A DNA stretch of 64,000 nucleotides from Auanema rhodensis (Eukaryota > Animalia > Nematoda), in NCBI GenBank assembly GCA_964057225.1, contig OZ059897.1, positions 5,456,001 through 5,520,000 on the forward strand, read 5' to 3'. The notes beneath the pieces are model-generated. The model worked only from the letters and a program-made list of their open reading frames with translations, had not been told where the DNA came from and made no database searches. Both the position numbers and the translations under genes were made by a program. This document shows positions 61,774 to 64,000 of this stretch, piece by piece. Every line of letters starts with the position of its first letter. Within the stretch, counting starts at the first letter, position 1.

Positions 61774-64000
61774 TTTTTCCCTCTCTCCCCGATCCCCCTC
61801 TATTTCTTTCATTCTCTTTATAATGATGCATGGATGTTGAAGACAATTATCCGTACCAAAACACATCATGAAATAGCTTGTCAATTTAGTTTTTAGATTT
61901 CATTTAGTTTTGAAACAATATTCTACCTCAAAATTCTGAATATTTGATTATTTAGTATTTGAAAATAAAATATCGGCTTACGTGGCTTGAACCGAAAGTC
62001 ACGTGACGCCACAACGAAACTTCATTTCTATTTAGCGTAGAAGCACACAGCGGTTGTGATTTCATATATTTTATTGTAAAACAAATTAATTTATTTGTAA
62101 AAAGTACAATATTGACTTGCTAATATGGGTTAAGCATTTTCATCCTGCAATCATTATCATAACTCTTGTTTCTTCTATCTATTTTTCTCATTTGAGAAGT
62201 TTTTTTTTTGTTGTTATAATTTTTTAAACTTTTTATCTATCGTACTTTCTCATATAAATGTTATTTCGGGTCAAAATAGGAACCAAAATGCCTAGTTTAC
62301 TTTAAAAATTCAATATCGCCGCCATTCTCGATCTAAAGCTCTTCTTATTTCTTTTCTTTTTAAACATTATATTTTTCTTTTTGCTGCATGTTTTTTTTGT
62401 TTTGGTGCCAGGTATGTAAATATGGTTACCTCTTACCTATTCTGATCTCAATAAATTATATATTTTTTTTTGTTTTAAACTTATATATCATTATTTTAAA
62501 ATAAATAAATATAAAAAATATGTATAGATCTACATATATAGATAATTCGAGAAAGAAATACAATGCTGTCCGCAATTAACTATGCATATAGTAAATGACG
62601 ATCAAAATATGTAAATTTCAAAATTTCATTCATTTTTTTCAACCTTAAAGCAAACGCTTATATCTATATTTGACAATAGGTTTCTTGCTCAATAGACGAA
62701 TAATCCCGTTCATTCCATGCTAATGTTGTATGGCAAAGCTGGAAAAATGGAATAAATACTATTCATGAATATACAAACCGATTAATACAACATGAAACTA
62801 GAACTTACAACTTTTTGTTTTTCAGAACTGTCTAATTTGCACTTAGGAACTTGAGTCAGCGGTGTTTTCTGACAACGTAATTAGCTAAGCTAAGTTGCAG
62901 TGAATAAGAGATTTACCTGAGGACAGCCACTTCGTTGAAAAGTTGTTTCGAATGAATATGTGGAATACATTTTGCCATTATTGATTACTGAAACCTAAAA
63001 CATGTAGAAAAGTTAGAAAACGATGAGGGTGAACAAAGTTTGTACTTTGGTAGCATGATGTTTATTGGATGTTGCTATCCACCAGTTTGAGTCATGAATC
63101 TGTCTATTTGCTTCAGGTGTCACACTCTTGTTAATTAGATCCTATAATAAAAATATTTTGAAAAATATAATTTTTAAATTGAAAAAAATCACAAAGTCGA
63201 AATTAAATTTTTCAAAAGAAATAAAAGTAAGAAGAAGGATCTACCTGTAAAGTTGAATCATTATCTGGAACGGATATCTTTTTACCAGTAGATGCACTGT
63301 TGGAAATATTAATAAGGCAAGATAGTAAAAAGATGATTTTAATCATGTCGACACAAAGATAATGAAAATTCTTGATGGTGAGTATCGAATAAATATATCT
63401 AAAAATGTCAAATATTGACAGAAGTTATTGGAAAAATGCTGTGATATCATGAAAAATGGAACACAATTCTGCAACAAAGATGAGTCATATTTAACCATTT
63501 TTATATATGTATAGTAATGAAGAGTGAAAATATTTATGAAAATAACTTCTAAACTAGCAGGCTTATTATTAAAATGAAAAAAAAATGGGAAAACCAGCAA
63601 TGAATAGATGGGAATAATAATGCGAAAAAAATTTCTTTTTTTTTCATTGAGAATAAAAGAGCTCAAATGATTGGAGCGAGATCAAATACTTTTGACAAAC
63701 TTTGCGGTGTTTCTGAATCTCACAAGTCAAACGTTGGACTGAAACGACGCATTATGATTACCATCGAGGACGTTGTCACGCATGTCAACGTAAACGTCAT
63801 ATAGTTATTCGGAACAAACAGGATAGGCTTTCTTGAAATCAGTAAAAAAGCAGAAAAAAGGTCAATTCAGCAAGTTTCGCTAGACAAGTTTATGTGTCAA
63901 ATCAAAGTTGAAAACGTTAAGTAAACTATAGCATTCTATTCTAATATTAGATAACTTTCAAGCAGTCTATCTATGTCTATACATTTGAACCTCGTCAACC

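Overview
Eukaryotic, AT-rich (about 30% GC by eye) nematode genomic DNA, probably a rhabditid. It has many 40-55 nt GT-AG introns and TTT(C)AG trans-splice-like acceptors just before start codons. I reconstructed about 17 spliced genes by hand. From the left: the bZIP part of jun-1, a Cys/Gly-rich secreted precursor, and a Ser/Arg/Lys heptad-repeat protamine-like gene. Next come two tightly packed, operon-like clusters diverging from a ~600 bp interval. The minus cluster is vps-24, rnh-1.0, a gene with four tandem degenerate RNase H domains, fzo-1, a divergent GCP5-like gamma-tubulin complex gene, and tbc-2. The plus cluster is an ALMS-motif gene, bmy-1/MESD, sec-6 and a CCCH/CHY zinc-finger gene. 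A cuticle block follows (Pro-rich secreted protein, collagen, ZP/cuticlin) that is rich in RGGTCA sites, then an ML-domain heh-1-like gene, and an orphan single-pass membrane gene behind ~10 kb of ETS-site-rich non-coding DNA. The best novelty candidates are the 4x pseudo-RNase H gene beside canonical RNase H1, the hidden GCP5-like gene, and the ALMS-motif gene. Family calls come from motif recognition from memory with no database search, and exon boundaries were read manually.
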